A DNA stretch of 61,366 bases, filler included. It is 6 parts of 6 records of this genome, joined end to end, with 100 filler letters (N's around TTAATTAATTAA, not from the genome) between each part and the next. Parts side by side here need not be neighbours in the genome. Positions count along the whole stretch, not along the records: positions 50,655 to 61,366 come from SRR2962707_1879; 5 more parts are not named here. The stretch is one strand, 5' to 3'. Positions within the stretch are counted from its first letter, which is position 1. The number at the start of each line of letters is the position of its first letter. Made by a program: the position numbers and the translations under genes. Under the pieces are notes generated by a model, which saw nothing but the letters and a program-made list of their open reading frames with translations, searched no databases and was not told the DNA's origin. Positions 59,041 to 61,366 of this stretch are shown piece after piece.

Positions 59041-59847
59041 TCAGCCTCCCTGTGCTGCCTCCATAAAGAACGCCTGAGCCCGCTCCCAGATCCCCCGTGC
59101 CCAGAGATCGGAATGGTCGGCCCCCTCCTCGATCCAGATGGCGTAGGGATTTGGCGCTTCTGCGTAGAGCCGCTCTCCGTTCGAAACGCTGACCGTCCTG
59201 TCTGCCGTGCCGTGTCCCACGAACACCGGTTCCTCCACGGCCCCGATCCACTCGTTGGAGCGGAACTGGTCGACCATCAACCAGGCAACGGGCGCGAAGG
59301 GGTAGCGCTCGGCGGCAACGCTCACCGCAGAATAGAACGGCGTCTCCAAAAGCAGCGCCTCGGCCTCGCGCTGGCTGGCCACCCACACGGCAGGCGACGC
59401 GCCCAGCGAGCGGCCCCAGACGACGATCTCGTCCTCGCGCCCTGCCAGCCAGTCGAATGCCGCAATGGCATCGGCGAGAAGATTGTCCTGGGTAATTTCG
59501 CCCGGCGACAGCGGAAAGCCGCGATAATCGACCGACAAAAAGCCGTACCCCGCCGCGGCAAAAGCGATGAACCGCTCATATTCGGACGAAAAGCTACCTG
59601 AATTGCCTTTGAGATACAGAATGGTTGGCTCATCGCCCGACGGCGGTGCGTACCAGCCGGTAATCACCTCATCATCGCTCGTTGGGATCGTGACGATCTC
59701 GGCGTCGAGCCCGACAGCCGCAGGATCGTAGGTCTCCCCGGCCGGACTGAAGAAAAACGCTCTCTGATTGACATAGAGAAAGGCCAGCAGCCCGCCATAA
59801 ACGACGATCAAAAAAACCAGAACGCCGATAATGATCTTCTTGAGCAT
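59041..59847 (-). CDS. Membrane-anchored alpha/beta hydrolase (ABHD12/13-like)
   Basis: N-terminal TM, VDYRG, GRSLG nucleophile, HGTAD, ADH. Confidence 0.88.
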   Translation of the reverse strand: MLKKIIIGVLVFLIVVYGGLLAFLYVNQRAFFFSPAGETYDPAAVGLDAEIVTIPTSDDEVITGWYAPPSGDEPTILYLKGNSGSFSSEYERFIAFAAAGYGFLSVDYRGFPLSPGEITQDNLLADAIAAFDWLAGREDEIVVWGRSLGASPAVWVASQREAEALLLETPFYSAVSVAAERYPFAPVAWLMVDQFRSNEWIGAVEEPVFVGHGTADRTVSVSNGERLYAEAPNPYAIWIEEGADHSDLWARGIWERAQAFFMEAAQGG

Positions 59848-59902
59848 TTCCAATTTCCTCCCGGCCGCCTCTATCCCTGATACCGCCGGGAGGAATGTTC
59901 GT

Positions 59903-60547
59903 CTAGGTCAGCGCCTCTTCACCCAGTGCCACGCGGAACGCCCGCTGGAAGACCTCAAGAGGCTGGCCGCCCGAAATGGCGAACTGGTTGTTGAAGATAA
60001 AGAACGGCACGCCATTGATGCCCTGCTCGCTGGCCGAAACCGCCATGGCTTTCGTGGTGTTGTTTTCCGCCTCGTCTTCAATCAGCTTCAGCGCCGCTTC
60101 GCGCGTAAACCCGTGCTCGGCAGCAATGTCGGCCAAAAGCCCATCGTCGGTGATGTTCTTGCCTTCGAGGAAATAAGCCGCAGCGAACGCCTTGGCCAAA
60201 CCGTACTGGTGTTCCGGAGCGGCCGAACGGATCAGCGTGTGGGGCTTGATTGTGGGATAGCTCATGGGCTGCACGCTGGTATCCAGCGGGACGCCCGCAT
60301 CCCGCGCCGCCCCCTCGACACGCGCCTGCATGGCGTCGATATCGCCGCCATACTTGGCCTTGAGCCGTTCCTTTGTGTTCTGGCCCGCTTCCGGTGTCGT
60401 GGGATCGAGCAGGAACGGGTGATGTAAAATCTCCACGTTGACGTCCTCGGGCAGCGTGGCCAGCGCCTGATCGAGGCGCGCCGTACCGATCAGGCACCAG
60501 GGGCAGACGACATCGGTGAACAGGTCGATGCGGATGGATTGGGTCAT
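59903..60547 (-). CDS. DsbA-family oxidoreductase (FrnE-like)
   Basis: DVVCPWC, GINGVPFF, SGGQP. Confidence 0.9.
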   Translation of the reverse strand: MTQSIRIDLFTDVVCPWCLIGTARLDQALATLPEDVNVEILHHPFLLDPTTPEAGQNTKERLKAKYGGDIDAMQARVEGAARDAGVPLDTSVQPMSYPTIKPHTLIRSAAPEHQYGLAKAFAAAYFLEGKNITDDGLLADIAAEHGFTREAALKLIEDEAENNTTKAMAVSASEQGINGVPFFIFNNQFAISGGQPLEVFQRAFRVALGEEALT

Positions 60548-60636
60548 CTTGTATCCTTTGCGTTGCCGCCAACATGGCCATTCGGCGCAGATCGCTCAAG
60601 TACGTACAGCGATGTAACCTGAACAAAATTCAGGGT

Positions 60637-61260
60637 TCAGGCGCGGGTCGCGATGAACAACCAGATTGCAATGACCACGAGCAAAAGACCAAACACGATG
60701 CCCAGCCGCTCCCGATGCTGCGGCTGGACGAAATAGGGCTGGAGGGCCGAGGCCCCCATGACAATGACGGTGTGGACCAGCGTGGCGGCCAGCACATAGA
60801 TCGCCGCGAGAACCAGAAACGCCGAAGGTGTCGCCACATCCGCAAGGAAATTGGGCAGGACAGCCAGATAAAAGGCGGCGGCCTTGGGATTGAGCAGGTT
60901 GGTGACGAGGCCGCGGCGGAAGAACACCCAGTTCGAGACAGCCAGCGCGTGCTGCTCGATGGGGCGGCGAGCATCGCGCCATGTGTCATATCCAAGCCAG
61001 ATCAGATACAGAATGCCGGCCCAGCGAATGGCCTGGTAAAGCCAGTCGATTTCACTGATCAGCGCTGCAAGCCCGATCGCTGCAAGCCCGCCGACGATCG
61101 CCAGGCCGAGCGCGACCCCCGTCACTGCAAAAAGCCCCGCCACCCTGCCTCTAGCGACACCGAGAATGGCGAGATAGGCCATGTTCGGTCCCGGCGTCAG
61201 CTCTATGGCGATGGCCGTGGCAAAAAAGGCGAGCAGAGTGGGCAGACTCAGCGTGTCCAT
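60637..61260 (-). CDS. LysE/RhtB family translocator
   Basis: TPGPNM, GILYLIWLG, TNLLNPKA. Confidence 0.9.
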   Translation of the reverse strand: MDTLSLPTLLAFFATAIAIELTPGPNMAYLAILGVARGRVAGLFAVTGVALGLAIVGGLAAIGLAALISEIDWLYQAIRWAGILYLIWLGYDTWRDARRPIEQHALAVSNWVFFRRGLVTNLLNPKAAAFYLAVLPNFLADVATPSAFLVLAAIYVLAATLVHTVIVMGASALQPYFVQPQHRERLGIVFGLLLVVIAIWLFIATRA

Positions 61261-61290
61261 GACTGAGAGTGGAACGCCCTGCCCCAAAAG

Positions 61291-61313
61291 AAAAGGGCCC
61301 CGAAGGGCCCTTT
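61291..61313 (-). terminator. Intrinsic terminator after pntB
   Basis: AAAAGGGCCC-cgaa-GGGCCCTTT. Confidence 0.8.
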
Positions 61314-61317
61314 ATGA

Positions 61318-61365
61318 TCAGTGGTTCATCGCTTTTACGATTGATTCGGTCATTTTCTTTGCGTC
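61318..61365 (-). CDS. pntB: NAD(P) transhydrogenase subunit beta, extreme C-terminus
   Basis: DAKKMTESIVKAMNH-stop resembles the PntB C-terminus; only 15 codons are visible. Confidence 0.65.
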   Translation of the reverse strand, partial: DAKKMTESIVKAMNH

Positions 61366-61366
61366 T

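Noticed and set aside
1-61366. CRISPR arrays, tRNA/rRNA, riboswitches, transposases, selenoprotein UGA readthrough
   Set aside because: I saw no repeat-spacer periodicity, RNA gene signatures, transposase motifs or in-frame TGA at redox motifs. An Infernal/Rfam scan would be needed to exclude small RNAs.

Overview
This window is not one genomic locus. It is six unrelated contigs joined by artificial 100-nt spacers (N-run, TTAATTAATTAA, N-run) at 17036-17135, 22308-22407, 28991-29090, 37622-37721 and 50555-50654. Taxonomic assignments below are inferred from gene content and style, not from searches. (1) 1-17035: Rhodobacteraceae/Roseobacter-like core chromosome (plsX, rpmF, DUF177, bamE, OlsB-like GNAT, uup-type ABC-F, AcuC deacetylase, MocA-like, GcvT-family oxidoreductase, GAF histidine kinase, CorC, xerD, aroK, aroB, ssb). 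(2) 17136-22307: AT-richer gammaproteobacterium, Marinomonas-like (nspC end, carboxynorspermidine synthase, lipoprotein, srkA, RecQ). (3) 22408-28990 and (4) 29091-37621: eukaryotic (protist-like) DNA with short canonical GT-AG introns. These encode a secreted beta-helix (GH141-like) protein with a bulb-lectin insert, a RING protein with a duplicated unknown domain, an RRM/zinc-knuckle protein, a GH27 alpha-galactosidase and a neighbouring secreted glycosidase-like protein of unassigned family. (5) 37722-50554: gammaproteobacterium, Alcanivorax-like, with an ACAD10/11-type dehydrogenase + SDR + APH kinase + acyl-CoA synthetase operon resembling the lva 4-oxo/4-hydroxy-acid pathway, facing a Fe-ADH + Liv-type ABC operon and a LysR gene. 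(6) 50655-61366: Hyphomicrobiales, Devosia/Pelagibacterium-like (DUF1013, TauE, two DUF465, siderophore-interacting protein with an IRO-like box, AI-2E/GAF fusion, AhpD-like, purEK, rpsU, others, pntB end). No CRISPR array, rRNA, tRNA or intact mobile element was seen. The best candidates for new biology are the lva-like catabolic cluster, the protist GH27 + unclassified glycosidase pair, the beta-helix/lectin fusion and the AI-2E sensor fusion.
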